Below, piece by piece: positions 9,741 to 18,930 of a stretch of 64,000 nt of DNA. The position numbers and the translations under genes were made by a program. The first letter of the stretch is position 1, and the number at the start of each line of letters is the position of its first letter. Source of the stretch: a virus; IMG/VR virus record IMGVR_UViG_3300044966_000489; one strand, written 5' to 3'. The notes under the pieces are model-generated. The model was not told the DNA's origin. It made no database searches and saw only the letters and a list, made by a program, of their open reading frames with translations.

Positions 9741-9758
9741 ATTGTAATATAATTAATT

Positions 9759-10379
9759 GTGAAAGTCTGCCTGACGACATTATATACTGATAATTTTAAA
9801 AGTTTTGCGCCTTTAGCTATAAAATCTTTTGAAAAATTTTGTGAGTATAACAATTTTGAACTTCAAATCTATGATAAAGTGTTCGATCAATCAGTTCATC
9901 CTTCTTGGAATAAGCTACTCGCTGTGAAAGACTGTTTTTTGAAATATGATTATGTGCTTTGGAGCGATATAGATTCTCTGTTTTTAAATAATAAAAAATT
10001 TTTCTTAGACATAACGAATATAAACGAAGAGAGTTCTTTCTTGTGTAGCTCAGACTGGAATGGAATTTGTATGAGTCACTTTTATATCAAAAATAATGAA
10101 TACAATAATAAATTACTAGATACTCTTTTGTTCTTAAAAGACGTTAAGGACAATGATTTTTTTGGTAAAGGTTACGGTATGAAGTGGGAGCAGAACTGTT
10201 TGAAAGCTCTATTCCATCATTTTAACTTAAATGTATCTACGTTTCCTGACAATACCATCCTTGATTGTCGCGTCGAAGATATTAAAGAAAATACTTTTTT
10301 TTACCACTATTGTGTGTTAAATAATCTAGAAAGAAAATTCTTAATGAAGAACCTCTATGAAAGGCTATTCATCCAATAA
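9759..10379 (+). CDS. GT34 (GMA12/MNN10-like) glycosyltransferase
   Basis: HPSWNKL, YDYVLWSDIDS, WEQNCL; only plus-strand gene in the left arm. Confidence 0.75.
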   Translation: MKVCLTTLYTDNFKSFAPLAIKSFEKFCEYNNFELQIYDKVFDQSVHPSWNKLLAVKDCFLKYDYVLWSDIDSLFLNNKKFFLDITNINEESSFLCSSDWNGICMSHFYIKNNEYNNKLLDTLLFLKDVKDNDFFGKGYGMKWEQNCLKALFHHFNLNVSTFPDNTILDCRVEDIKENTFFYHYCVLNNLERKFLMKNLYERLFIQ

Positions 10380-11153
10380 ACCTCTAATGTTTTTGCACAT
10401 CCTAGAAAACAGCGAATTTTGAGACAGAAGAGAACGTCTTGATATTATTTTTAAGACATGGTAAACCTTAGATTCAGCCATGTGCTTGCTATAAATTCCG
10501 CTATCTCCTCCTTCTCTGTCTTCATAATAAAAGTCTAAGTTCCAATCGTACTTGTGAAAAGCCTCTACTGGTTCTATATGTATTAGACTTGGGTTCTCTT
10601 TAGCAAGTTCAAAAGGTTTTCTTACTGACATTTTGTTCCAATCATAGTCATCATAGTCAGATAGATAAGATTCAAACCATAGGTCTAGGAATTTTGAATC
10701 TCTTTTACTAATTATTAAAGCGTTACAAAGACCATTTACTTGCCACTGATTAGAATCCATGTGGAATATAGCTTCTGTTCCTAATACAAAATCTTTATCT
10801 AGGTTAGGAAAAAATGGTTTATAGAAAAGCGTATCTACGTCAGCATAGACTCCACCATATTCTTTCAACACTAGTAGTCTAAAGATATCGGATTGATGTT
10901 CTACTCTCCATACTTTCTTGTTATTGCAATAGTAAACAATATCTGGGAGAGAATCATATTTAATCAATTCAACAAACTGTTTCGCCTTTTCCCACCATTG
11001 ATTATCTTTAGGCTCATAAAGATAATGCATATATATCTTAGGGTTTTCTTGTGTTAAATAACAGCTTTTGATAGACAGATAATGAAAATACTTAAAAGGT
11101 TTTTTGTTAAAATCTTCTGATAGCCCAAATATAAAATGATATATCTTATCCAT
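10365..11153 (-). CDS. GT32-like DxD glycosyltransferase
   Basis: HQSDIFRLLVLKEYGGVYADVD, LCNALI. Confidence 0.85.
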   Translation of the reverse strand: MDKIYHFIFGLSEDFNKKPFKYFHYLSIKSCYLTQENPKIYMHYLYEPKDNQWWEKAKQFVELIKYDSLPDIVYYCNNKKVWRVEHQSDIFRLLVLKEYGGVYADVDTLFYKPFFPNLDKDFVLGTEAIFHMDSNQWQVNGLCNALIISKRDSKFLDLWFESYLSDYDDYDWNKMSVRKPFELAKENPSLIHIEPVEAFHKYDWNLDFYYEDREGGDSGIYSKHMAESKVYHVLKIISRRSLLSQNSLFSRMCKNIRGLLDE

Positions 11154-11811
11154 TTTGGGTTAGCGATTTAAATGATACATCTATTGGATTGTTTATCGAT
11201 ATTTGATCTGCAAGAGGAGGCATCATAACATAGTATTTTAATTTTGGAAGACTTCTCTTTTTAATTTGTATGTCAATATGAGACCAAGCTAGGCTATTTG
11301 TTTCTATTAGAACTGGCAAAGCGGATTTTTTTATCATGTAGGCATGGGTACACATTGGAGGATCAATAGTCTGTATAACGTTTTCACTCACATGGAACCT
11401 TCCTTCTTCTGAGCATAGACAGCAGTGACCTATAAATGCATACTGCCAGTCTTCTGGGAGTTGAGATTTGTAGCGAATCAGTTCCTCCTTAAAATTATCG
11501 CATAGAACTACATCATCTTCAAAAATTATATATTCCCCGAATGGCATATACTGCATAGCTTTCCATAGAGCATAATGAGATAAAATGCAGCCAATATGTC
11601 CCTGACTTATAAAATGAGGAGTCCCATCGTCTGGACTCCAATTAGACACATCGTCTGTGTATGGTATTTTTGTAGAAAGGCCAAATTTTTTACCATGAAT
11701 GCCTTCAAAAAAATCTACTTCTAAATTATGTTGTTTGAAATGGTTTTCTGCGTACTCTCTCCTTTTTGGAGTTTCTTTTAATGTTAAACAGAATATTTTT
11801 GGAAAGATCAT
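11146..11811 (-). CDS. GT25 glycosyltransferase
   Basis: RR near N-terminus, GHIGCILSH, IFEDD, THAYMI. Confidence 0.9.
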   Translation of the reverse strand: MIFPKIFCLTLKETPKRREYAENHFKQHNLEVDFFEGIHGKKFGLSTKIPYTDDVSNWSPDDGTPHFISQGHIGCILSHYALWKAMQYMPFGEYIIFEDDVVLCDNFKEELIRYKSQLPEDWQYAFIGHCCLCSEEGRFHVSENVIQTIDPPMCTHAYMIKKSALPVLIETNSLAWSHIDIQIKKRSLPKLKYYVMMPPLADQISINNPIDVSFKSLTQNG

Positions 11812-12551
11812 AGCAGTCCATCTATCATTTTTTCATCATGATTATATATGTAACTGCATATAATTTCTTTTTTAAAGTCTTTATACCAGTGTTCTGAAAC
11901 GTATTTTATGCCGGGGAAAATAAATTTAGGAGAAATCAAAACAAAAGGATGCTTTTTAGCGCAATGAGTTAAAAAGAAACACCCTATTGCATCTGCTGAA
12001 CCAAACCTTCTTGGATTGCCTTCGCAATCTGTAAAAGATTCATCAAAATATTTTCTATTATTAAAAAAAGAAGAAGGCATTTGTTCTAACATAAAAGATA
12101 AAATATTATTATCTTTTGGAGCAATAAAAAATCCATTTGCTAAATGAAAAGCGCAATCTGTTCTGCCGGGAAAATAGTTGAACTCCATGTGCATTTGGCT
12201 TTTTTTGGGATACCCATTTTCTGTGCAAGCAATAAGCATATTATGGTTTATATTTACTAGTTGTTCTATGTTCGTTTGCCAACTAAAAAAATCTACATCA
12301 CAATAAAGACCACCGAATTGATTAACTATTTCTATCCTAGCTATATCAGACATCCCATGAAAATCATTCTTTGATTTATAATACTGATAAATAGAAGGAT
12401 TTTGCAAGGTTAACTTTTCTATCTCATTCTCTGTCCATAAATGATATTTCCAGCCAAATTTTTCACAATAGTTTACCCATGATTGCATTATTTTCTTAGG
12501 AGGGAGTTTTGCGTTTCCAACCCATATTTGATGAATATTTTTTTGTATCAT
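11808..12551 (-). CDS. GT32-like DxD glycosyltransferase
   Basis: IHQIWVG, SDIARIEIVNQFGGLYCDVD, ANGFF. Confidence 0.85.
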   Translation of the reverse strand: MIQKNIHQIWVGNAKLPPKKIMQSWVNYCEKFGWKYHLWTENEIEKLTLQNPSIYQYYKSKNDFHGMSDIARIEIVNQFGGLYCDVDFFSWQTNIEQLVNINHNMLIACTENGYPKKSQMHMEFNYFPGRTDCAFHLANGFFIAPKDNNILSFMLEQMPSSFFNNRKYFDESFTDCEGNPRRFGSADAIGCFFLTHCAKKHPFVLISPKFIFPGIKYVSEHWYKDFKKEIICSYIYNHDEKMIDGLL

Positions 12552-13963
12552 ATTTTTATAATGCCTGTCTTTTCGTCGTTTAGTCCAAAACTAATAACAA
12601 ATTGATTGTCTTTTTGAATTGCTCCGCATGGAAATACTACTAATGGACTATTATCCGTTAATACTCGCTCGTCTACTTCGTTGCCATATAAGATTGGTTT
12701 TTCAGAAATTTCGGTTATTTTAAAAGGTGGTTTAGCTTCAAATTTGTAATACCCCATGAAGTATCTCCTTTTCGATCCTTTCCAAGGTAAGCTGCTGTGG
12801 AAAAAGCCATTATAATGCCCATCTTTTAAAATAGGATTACTCCCCATCCTACATTCGCCAAATTTCCATAACTTACTTATATCTTGAAAGTGCTTGTATT
12901 CTGCGACGACTTGTCCTTTTATGTGATCTATTTCTAGAACTACATGAGGGTTCATTCTGTATTCTAGCATTAGTTTATCATCATAGACAAACCATGTCCA
13001 GTTTTTTTGATGATTTGTATTGCTCGTTATAAAAGATCCATTGCCATCATAATTAATATGCAGATTATCTATATGATTAAAATACTCGTCAAATACTAAA
13101 ACTTTTTGATGAATGCACCCGCCTTTGTTGGCTATGTAATTAGCACATCCTACATAGTATTTATTTTTAAAAAATATGACTCTGGGGTCTTCGTATTGCT
13201 CGTTCTGAACTTCGTCTCTTATTGTTAAAGGGATTTGTTGTTTGATTTCAAAATTTGAATCTAATTGATAGAGTTTAAGAGTATTATTGAATTCAAGAGG
13301 CTTATCATTAGTAATTTTTGCATGTCTCGCCATTAAATAATGATTTTCGTTTCTTGAGAATATGCAAGGATTGAAGAAGAAATTTTCTTTATCATAAGGA
13401 AGATTTAGTATTTTTACATCTTGCCCTTGGTTAAAGATGCTCCTGTTTAAATATGCTTCTGCCGATACGCCTTCATTTTTTGAATCTACTCCAAAGGTCC
13501 ATAAGTCTACTTCTGGGCATTGGTCTACTATAATAGGTTTATTGATTCCGAATTCAATTAGAGTCTGTTTATTGTATTCGCTAGAAACACTTACTACATT
13601 TACTAAACTATTATTAATCTTTGCGACAAGTTCATCTGGGACAGTGTCAAGATTATCATAAGTCCTTCCTACAATTATCCTGTTTTCTGTTTTTACTTTG
13701 AATTGATCAATTATGATATCCCAGCTTTCTGGATTTGCATCTATTACAACTTCTGAATAAGACAGTAGTCTATGTTTACATTGAGAAAGAAGTTTATTAA
13801 ACTTATTGTCTGCGTCTATAGAGTTATCTATTTTATAAGTCTTCCACAGGACATTGACTTTATTATTTATTAATTTGTAAATATGCCTCTTGGCGTACAT
13901 CGCCAAATCAGAATCTCCTGATGGGCTAATATACAAAACATTTTTATAATTAATAGACTCCAC
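12548..13963 (-). CDS. fusion of a GT4-like N-terminal domain and a GH130-like beta-propeller glycosidase/phosphorylase
   Basis: C-half has FNPCI, YEDPRV, QKNW, VVFPCGAI, SFGLND; N-half resembles the N-terminal domain of the neighbouring GT4. Confidence 0.65.
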   Translation of the reverse strand: MESINYKNVLYISPSGDSDLAMYAKRHIYKLINNKVNVLWKTYKIDNSIDADNKFNKLLSQCKHRLLSYSEVVIDANPESWDIIIDQFKVKTENRIIVGRTYDNLDTVPDELVAKINNSLVNVVSVSSEYNKQTLIEFGINKPIIVDQCPEVDLWTFGVDSKNEGVSAEAYLNRSIFNQGQDVKILNLPYDKENFFFNPCIFSRNENHYLMARHAKITNDKPLEFNNTLKLYQLDSNFEIKQQIPLTIRDEVQNEQYEDPRVIFFKNKYYVGCANYIANKGGCIHQKVLVFDEYFNHIDNLHINYDGNGSFITSNTNHQKNWTWFVYDDKLMLEYRMNPHVVLEIDHIKGQVVAEYKHFQDISKLWKFGECRMGSNPILKDGHYNGFFHSSLPWKGSKRRYFMGYYKFEAKPPFKITEISEKPILYGNEVDERVLTDNSPLVVFPCGAIQKDNQFVISFGLNDEKTGIIKI

Positions 13964-13977
13964 AACTTATTGTATCT

Positions 13978-14021
13978 TAAAAAAGAAAAAAGGTAGCAAG
14001 ATTTTAGCCCCACTACCTTTA
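13978..14021 (-). terminator. probable intrinsic terminator after rIIB
   Basis: Minus strand AAAGGTAG...CTACCTTT followed by a T-run. Confidence 0.5.
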
Positions 14022-14090
14022 TTCACTTCAGTTTTTCTCTTTGAGAGACGTATCCTAAGAACATTATTAGCAGCAAAACTGCTATAACCA

Positions 14091-14966
14091 TTAAGATACT
14101 TTCACTTTCTTAGTAAAGCGTCCCAGTTCGTCTCTGACATTATGAAAAGACATCGGCACAGAGTCGTCTTCGTTTTCATCTTCTGCGGGACACTGATCAC
14201 AGTAGCAAGGATCAGTATAATTATCAAACTCTTCTTTTGGGCTATACTGTTCAGTATAATTGTCAGGAAGCTTCTGAGTGTATTCTGCAATAACCTTGTA
14301 CTTGCAGGTACGGAGCTTCTGGCAATTAGAATCCTTTGGAATACTAACTACGTCAGAGGGGTCGATTTCAACAATTACAAGCTTGCTGCTTCCTCCAAAA
14401 GTTGAAGCGTACTGCAAAGATCCAGCATGGAATCCAGAAGAGCAACCAACTTCAGCATCATCGCAAACAGAATTGCGAGCCATCTCAAGAGTATTACCAA
14501 CACTGTTATCAAAAGTGCCAGTATAGTGATCTTTCCAATCAAGAGAGATTGACTTATAAGCTAAGAAATTACCATTAGGGGTAATAGGCATAGCCTTATG
14601 CTCAAGGAATGAATACAACTCATTCACTGCCCTTCTAGAAGGGTTTTTCATAAGCTTGTCTAAGAACGCAACCAGTGGCTCAAAAGGCAATCCTTCCTTC
14701 ATAAAAGAAAAGATTTTTTCGCAGACATAGTTGTGAACTGGTTGACCAGCGTACTTAATCGCACCATTTTCAACTTCAATGCTACCATAAGTATATCGGC
14801 GCACTGCTTCAGGGATATCGACAAGAGTTGCAATCTTATCGAACTTACGGTCAACGACCGCTTGTCTGACGGCGGCATAATTAGGATGCCCGTCGTTCAG
14901 CGTATAACTTTTACCATTGACAACAACGGTAATTGAGTTGTTTGTTATGATGTATGGGATGTTCAT
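14091..14966 (-). CDS. rIIB: rIIB-like protein
   Basis: NPS..AVNELYSFL, GNFLAYK, CSSGFH, DPSDVVSIP.D...KLRTCKY; downstream of rIIA. Confidence 0.9.
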   Translation of the reverse strand: MNIPYIITNNSITVVVNGKSYTLNDGHPNYAAVRQAVVDRKFDKIATLVDIPEAVRRYTYGSIEVENGAIKYAGQPVHNYVCEKIFSFMKEGLPFEPLVAFLDKLMKNPSRRAVNELYSFLEHKAMPITPNGNFLAYKSISLDWKDHYTGTFDNSVGNTLEMARNSVCDDAEVGCSSGFHAGSLQYASTFGGSSKLVIVEIDPSDVVSIPKDSNCQKLRTCKYKVIAEYTQKLPDNYTEQYSPKEEFDNYTDPCYCDQCPAEDENEDDSVPMSFHNVRDELGRFTKKVKVS

Positions 14967-14976
14967 ATTATTAATT

Positions 14977-17163
14977 TTACTTGACGTAGGACAGGATGCT
15001 CTTTTCGAATTCAGGCTTTCTCATATAACCAAAGTAAGAATCATTTACATAATTCAGCATAGGATTCCTTTCCAGAAAAGACTCCATATTCTTAATAAAG
15101 GGATGAATCTCTTGTGAAGAAAGCTTTTCTAAGAAAGTTTGATAACAATTGAAATAAACAAGACCAGACTTCAATTGAGCAAATGATGTATTCTTCATTA
15201 TGTTGCTTACCTCTTCATAATCTTTGATAAGATTTTTTAAATCTTTTGAATCATCAGGAATTTGATGCTCAATAGACTTCATAAACTTCATCAATGAAAC
15301 ATAAGAGTAAGGAAGCTCAAAGTTAGATAGTTTTAAGAAGCAGTTGAATTCATTGATTGCGCCGTCATTTTCTAATTTCTTAAATGAGGTTTCTACAACC
15401 CACTTCTTGACTTCTACAAAATTAGCATTCTTTTCTAGACCTTTTGGAACTTCTTTGAAGCCGTAGATCTTGGGCGTAGAGTTCGTAATTCCCAAGGCAG
15501 ACACAAAAGAAGATAGATTTTTATTAAAATAATTAAGCGACTGGTCTTCGTATTTAAACCTATCGATTTGAATCCAAACGCCTGAATCGTTTTTAATGTC
15601 AACAACTGCCGCATCCCAGTAGTCTGAAGCAGTTGGAGAATAACTAGTCATAGAAGTGTTCAGGACAAAAGCTTTTTTGGTATGCTTTTCGTTCTTCTGT
15701 TTAGAGCCAGAATATAGATTTGAGACTTTTTCACTAATATTGGCTGGATATTCAAGCTCAGAAAGTTTGGCGAAAGGATAATTCTCCATACCTCTAGTCT
15801 TGAGAGCTTTCTCCCAAAGAGCTTGGTCACGAACTTTTATTACATTAATTTCCTTATAAGTCTTTTTGTCTATGATGGTATGACGCATTCTCTTTAAGAG
15901 ATTCTTTCCATCGCAGTCATCAATAACATTTAATGTTTCTTTCTCTGACGAAAGACGGTTGGATAAATAAAAGTTTACCGATTTCCTAGAGCGACGAGTT
16001 GATCCATAGCAGTTAATAGAAGCAGCTTCTTTTCCATCAGCAAGGCATTCATCTTTAGAAAAGATAAATTCAACAATAGGAGAGTCTACTTCATGCCCAT
16101 TCCAATTACACTCTTTAGAAAGAAAACTCAGCGCACTATAACAACCAAAAAGATCTCCAAAGAAATCTTTATAGACTCTCTTGGCTTCAAGCAGGTTGCT
16201 GGCACAATTTATCTTATCATTGACTCTTGAAACAAGTTCATCATTGAAAGCTTTAAAGATCTTGCCAATATTCTTCTTGGTGTAATCAGTATACTGAAGA
16301 TCTTCTCTGGAAGCAGAGACTTCAAGGGTTCCAATATCAGTATAAAAGACAAACCCACTCAACATCGGAGCGTAAAAAGTCTTTTGATTGCAAGCTTCAA
16401 CAAACTCCTGAGATACCTCATTAGGAACGAGAGGATAAGCAACGTTTCCCATCACAATAACAGGAGAAGAAGTGATGCCTTTATTATTAACAAAATACTT
16501 CCAATTAGAACCCTCAATAACAGGAGCAGGGTTTTCAGCGGGGAAACCTTCGATGCCCCTAACATCAGGGATCGGATTCCAATACTTAAAGAACTCCTTT
16601 ATCTTTGAATGAAAAGAGGAGATGTCTTTAGACTTGACAGGGACGCAAATCTCAACTCCATTCGGCTCACAAGTATCCTCCTCATACATCTTAGCAATCA
16701 TGCCAATCTGAGTAGGATCAATGTAAGCATTGTAGGTGACCTTCTTACCATTCACAAAAGAATTGATAAGGAAGTTGTCGCCATAAGCAAAAGCTGACTT
16801 GGAACCAAGCCCAAGCTGACCAATTAACTTATTAGAGTTTCTCTTGGTAGATTCTCCATAGTTGGAGTAAATGTCACGAATCTCATCTTCATTGAGACCG
16901 GAGCCGTAGTCTCTTACCTTGAAGACTGGATCAAGAGGGTTGGGAGCGGTGACGACTATGGGCTTGTCGCTGCCAGCCTCGACGTTTGCGTCCAAGGCAT
17001 TGGCGGAATATTCTCTGATGACCGCAAGGATCTTGTCAGAGTACAGTTGGTTGCGGAGAACGCCAAAGATATGGGCAAGCCCATCCTGCTTGATGCCGAA
17101 AGATACGGACTTGAAGTTGTCCGACAGCAGCACAGAATTCTCGTTTTTCGGAGCAATTTGCAT
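14977..17163 (-). CDS. rIIA: rIIA-like protein with N-terminal GHKL ATPase
   Basis: LYSDKILAVIREYSANALDA, RDYGSGL, STKRNSN, GQLGLGSKS, SREDLQY. Confidence 0.9.
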   Translation of the reverse strand: MQIAPKNENSVLLSDNFKSVSFGIKQDGLAHIFGVLRNQLYSDKILAVIREYSANALDANVEAGSDKPIVVTAPNPLDPVFKVRDYGSGLNEDEIRDIYSNYGESTKRNSNKLIGQLGLGSKSAFAYGDNFLINSFVNGKKVTYNAYIDPTQIGMIAKMYEEDTCEPNGVEICVPVKSKDISSFHSKIKEFFKYWNPIPDVRGIEGFPAENPAPVIEGSNWKYFVNNKGITSSPVIVMGNVAYPLVPNEVSQEFVEACNQKTFYAPMLSGFVFYTDIGTLEVSASREDLQYTDYTKKNIGKIFKAFNDELVSRVNDKINCASNLLEAKRVYKDFFGDLFGCYSALSFLSKECNWNGHEVDSPIVEFIFSKDECLADGKEAASINCYGSTRRSRKSVNFYLSNRLSSEKETLNVIDDCDGKNLLKRMRHTIIDKKTYKEINVIKVRDQALWEKALKTRGMENYPFAKLSELEYPANISEKVSNLYSGSKQKNEKHTKKAFVLNTSMTSYSPTASDYWDAAVVDIKNDSGVWIQIDRFKYEDQSLNYFNKNLSSFVSALGITNSTPKIYGFKEVPKGLEKNANFVEVKKWVVETSFKKLENDGAINEFNCFLKLSNFELPYSYVSLMKFMKSIEHQIPDDSKDLKNLIKDYEEVSNIMKNTSFAQLKSGLVYFNCYQTFLEKLSSQEIHPFIKNMESFLERNPMLNYVNDSYFGYMRKPEFEKSILSYVK

Positions 17164-17197
17164 GATTTACAAGTGTTGAGTTCCTACCGACAGGGAC

Positions 17198-17226
17198 ACT
17201 TTAGGCGAGGCCAAAGCGGAGCGCAA
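17198..17226 (-). promoter_or_regulatory. sigma70-type promoter of rIIA-rIIB
   Basis: TTGCGC-17nt-TAAAGT. Confidence 0.55.
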
Positions 17227-17242
17227 GGGATTTTTCGAAAAT

Positions 17243-17446
17243 TTATTTCTTCGACAAGTTGAGGATCTGGTCGAGGCTTTCTTTGACTTTGATGCCGCCA
17301 GCACTGCCATTATTAGTATAAATGATAGTGTGGACTTTGCTTGGCTCTATAGACGTTACATCATCTAAATTAATAAGAATAGGAATATAATCCTTTCCAT
17401 TATCGTGATTCAGGTCAAGTGCGTGAACTTTGATTAAGTGCGCCAT
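17243..17446 (-). CDS. small FlbD-like protein
   Basis: ILINLDDVTSIE...IKVKESLDQI pattern. Confidence 0.55.
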   Translation of the reverse strand: MAHLIKVHALDLNHDNGKDYIPILINLDDVTSIEPSKVHTIIYTNNGSAGGIKVKESLDQILNLSKK

Positions 17447-17447
17447 A

Positions 17448-17786
17448 TTAATTGTTAGTATTTAATAGTTTCTGATAACCGTCTTCAACCGTCGAGAAAA
17501 ACTTCTTCTGAAGGTAAAGTCCCTCTACTGTCTGGGATTCATCCTCCAAAGTCAAGGGATTAAATTGCTCTATCGTAAAATTTCCTTCGGCATCTTCAAT
17601 ATAATTTGCAAACATTACATTAAAATGCTTATCACTCAAATAATCTTCGGCATCTTTAAATTCACCAGAGATGTAAAACGTAGAGCTTTCATCCCATGCG
17701 CCATCTTTTCGAAGGCAGACGCAAATTCTAGAGTTTATTTCGTCTATCTTGCCTCGAAATAAGAAGGCGTTTATTTTTTGTATCAT
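17448..17786 (-). CDS. hypothetical protein
   Basis: Start moved to ATG at 17786 because the longer ORF overlaps the tRNA. Confidence 0.6.
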   Translation of the reverse strand: MIQKINAFLFRGKIDEINSRICVCLRKDGAWDESSTFYISGEFKDAEDYLSDKHFNVMFANYIEDAEGNFTIEQFNPLTLEDESQTVEGLYLQKKFFSTVEDGYQKLLNTNN

Positions 17787-17792
17787 AAAAAT

Positions 17793-17866
17793 TGGAGCGG
17801 GAAACCAGAATCGAACTGGCACATAAACTTTGGAAGAGTTTTAGGCTACCATTACATCATTCCCGC
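17793..17866 (-). tRNA. tRNA-Gly(TCC)
   Basis: GCGGGAA/TTCCCGC acceptor stem, AAACT-CTTCCAA-AGTTT anticodon arm, GCCAG-TTCGATT-CTGGT T arm, encoded CCA. Confidence 0.93.
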
Positions 17867-17908
17867 AAGGAGCGGTTTTAAGGATCACCGCAAACCTTTA
17901 TCCCCATT

Positions 17909-18604
17909 TTAGAAGTTCCACCTAAGTCCACCAACTGCAACCACAGAATCATTCAACTCCTTGATTGCAAAATTATACTTGCTTACACCGAAGTTGTTAT
18001 CATAATAGCCAACTTCAGCAAAAGGCTCAAGATGATTGAATAGGAGCTTTGAAACAGTTAGCTTCGCCGTCTTGAAATCATAATCAGTGAACTTGCCATA
18101 CTCAACGAGAGGAGTGATAGTAAACCAACCAAATACATCAGTAGGACGCTTCAAGCCAACAACATAACCAGTCTGATCAAGATCTAGATCATGAGTACCC
18201 TTAACATAAGGAGTTGCGACGATATTCTCAAGAGCAAGAATACCTGCTACCTCCGTTGAATTTGGCGCACCGGGAATCGCAGTCAAGTGGCGAAATGCCT
18301 GACCGTCTAGGCGAACCGTTACGCCTTCTACAATCTTAAATCCCTTTCCTACGCCAGCAGTCCAGTGAGACTCGTCTAGAGCGGAAGAAACGGGAATAAT
18401 CGTTCCTCCAAGATAGGCATCAACTCCAAAATAAGTTGCGCCAATATTTACTGCACCAAAAGCTTGCGCTTCAGTACGAGCAACGCCGTTTACGATGTAG
18501 TGAGACATATAGCCAGCCTCTGTACTCGCCTTTACGTTTTCGGCTAAAGCCTTAGTTGCGAATAGTGAGACGACCAACGACAATAATGTTAGAATTCTTT
18601 TCAT
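17909..18604 (-). CDS. outer-membrane beta-barrel protein (TIGR02001/Gcw_chp-like)
   Basis: Sec signal peptide ending ALA, alternating amphipathic strands, C-terminal GLRWNF beta-signal. Confidence 0.75.
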   Translation of the reverse strand: MKRILTLLSLVVSLFATKALAENVKASTEAGYMSHYIVNGVARTEAQAFGAVNIGATYFGVDAYLGGTIIPVSSALDESHWTAGVGKGFKIVEGVTVRLDGQAFRHLTAIPGAPNSTEVAGILALENIVATPYVKGTHDLDLDQTGYVVGLKRPTDVFGWFTITPLVEYGKFTDYDFKTAKLTVSKLLFNHLEPFAEVGYYDNNFGVSKYNFAIKELNDSVVAVGGLRWNF

Positions 18605-18612
18605 AACACCTT

Positions 18613-18641
18613 ATTTTACGCAAGCCATCAAGATTTGTCAA
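18613..18641 (-). promoter_or_regulatory. sigma70 promoter, near-leaderless
   Basis: TTGACA-17nt-TAAAAT, ATG 8 nt downstream. Confidence 0.75.
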
Positions 18642-18645
18642 AAAT

Positions 18646-18930
18646 TTATTCGTACCCTTCAATTTCAAAACAACCAAATCCTGCTTGATGCTCAAAAGTA
18701 AGGAGTCCACACCTCTTGCTGCGAAGATTAGTGCAGACTCCATAGTCTAAATTCAAATCTCTGTTCGCTTTATCATACAAAGGAATAAAATGCTTGCAGC
18801 CAGCACTACAATCAAGATAGCGATAATTGCCATCCGCTCTTGTTATTTTCCCCCCATATTCAGCGTAATCAGTATCTAATACTTTACAAAAGTCAAAAAG
18901 GTTGATTTGATTCTTCTTCTTTTTCTTCAT
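18646..18930 (-). CDS. Cys-rich hypothetical protein
   Basis: DCSAGCKHF...YGVCTN...LTFEHQAG.GCF. Confidence 0.65.
   Translation of the reverse strand: MKKKKKNQINLFDFCKVLDTDYAEYGGKITRADGNYRYLDCSAGCKHFIPLYDKANRDLNLDYGVCTNLRSKRCGLLTFEHQAGFGCFEIEGYE

Noticed and set aside
17787-17822. N-terminal extension of ORF 17448..17822
   Set aside because: Overlaps tRNA-Gly; the ATG at 17786 is the plausible start.
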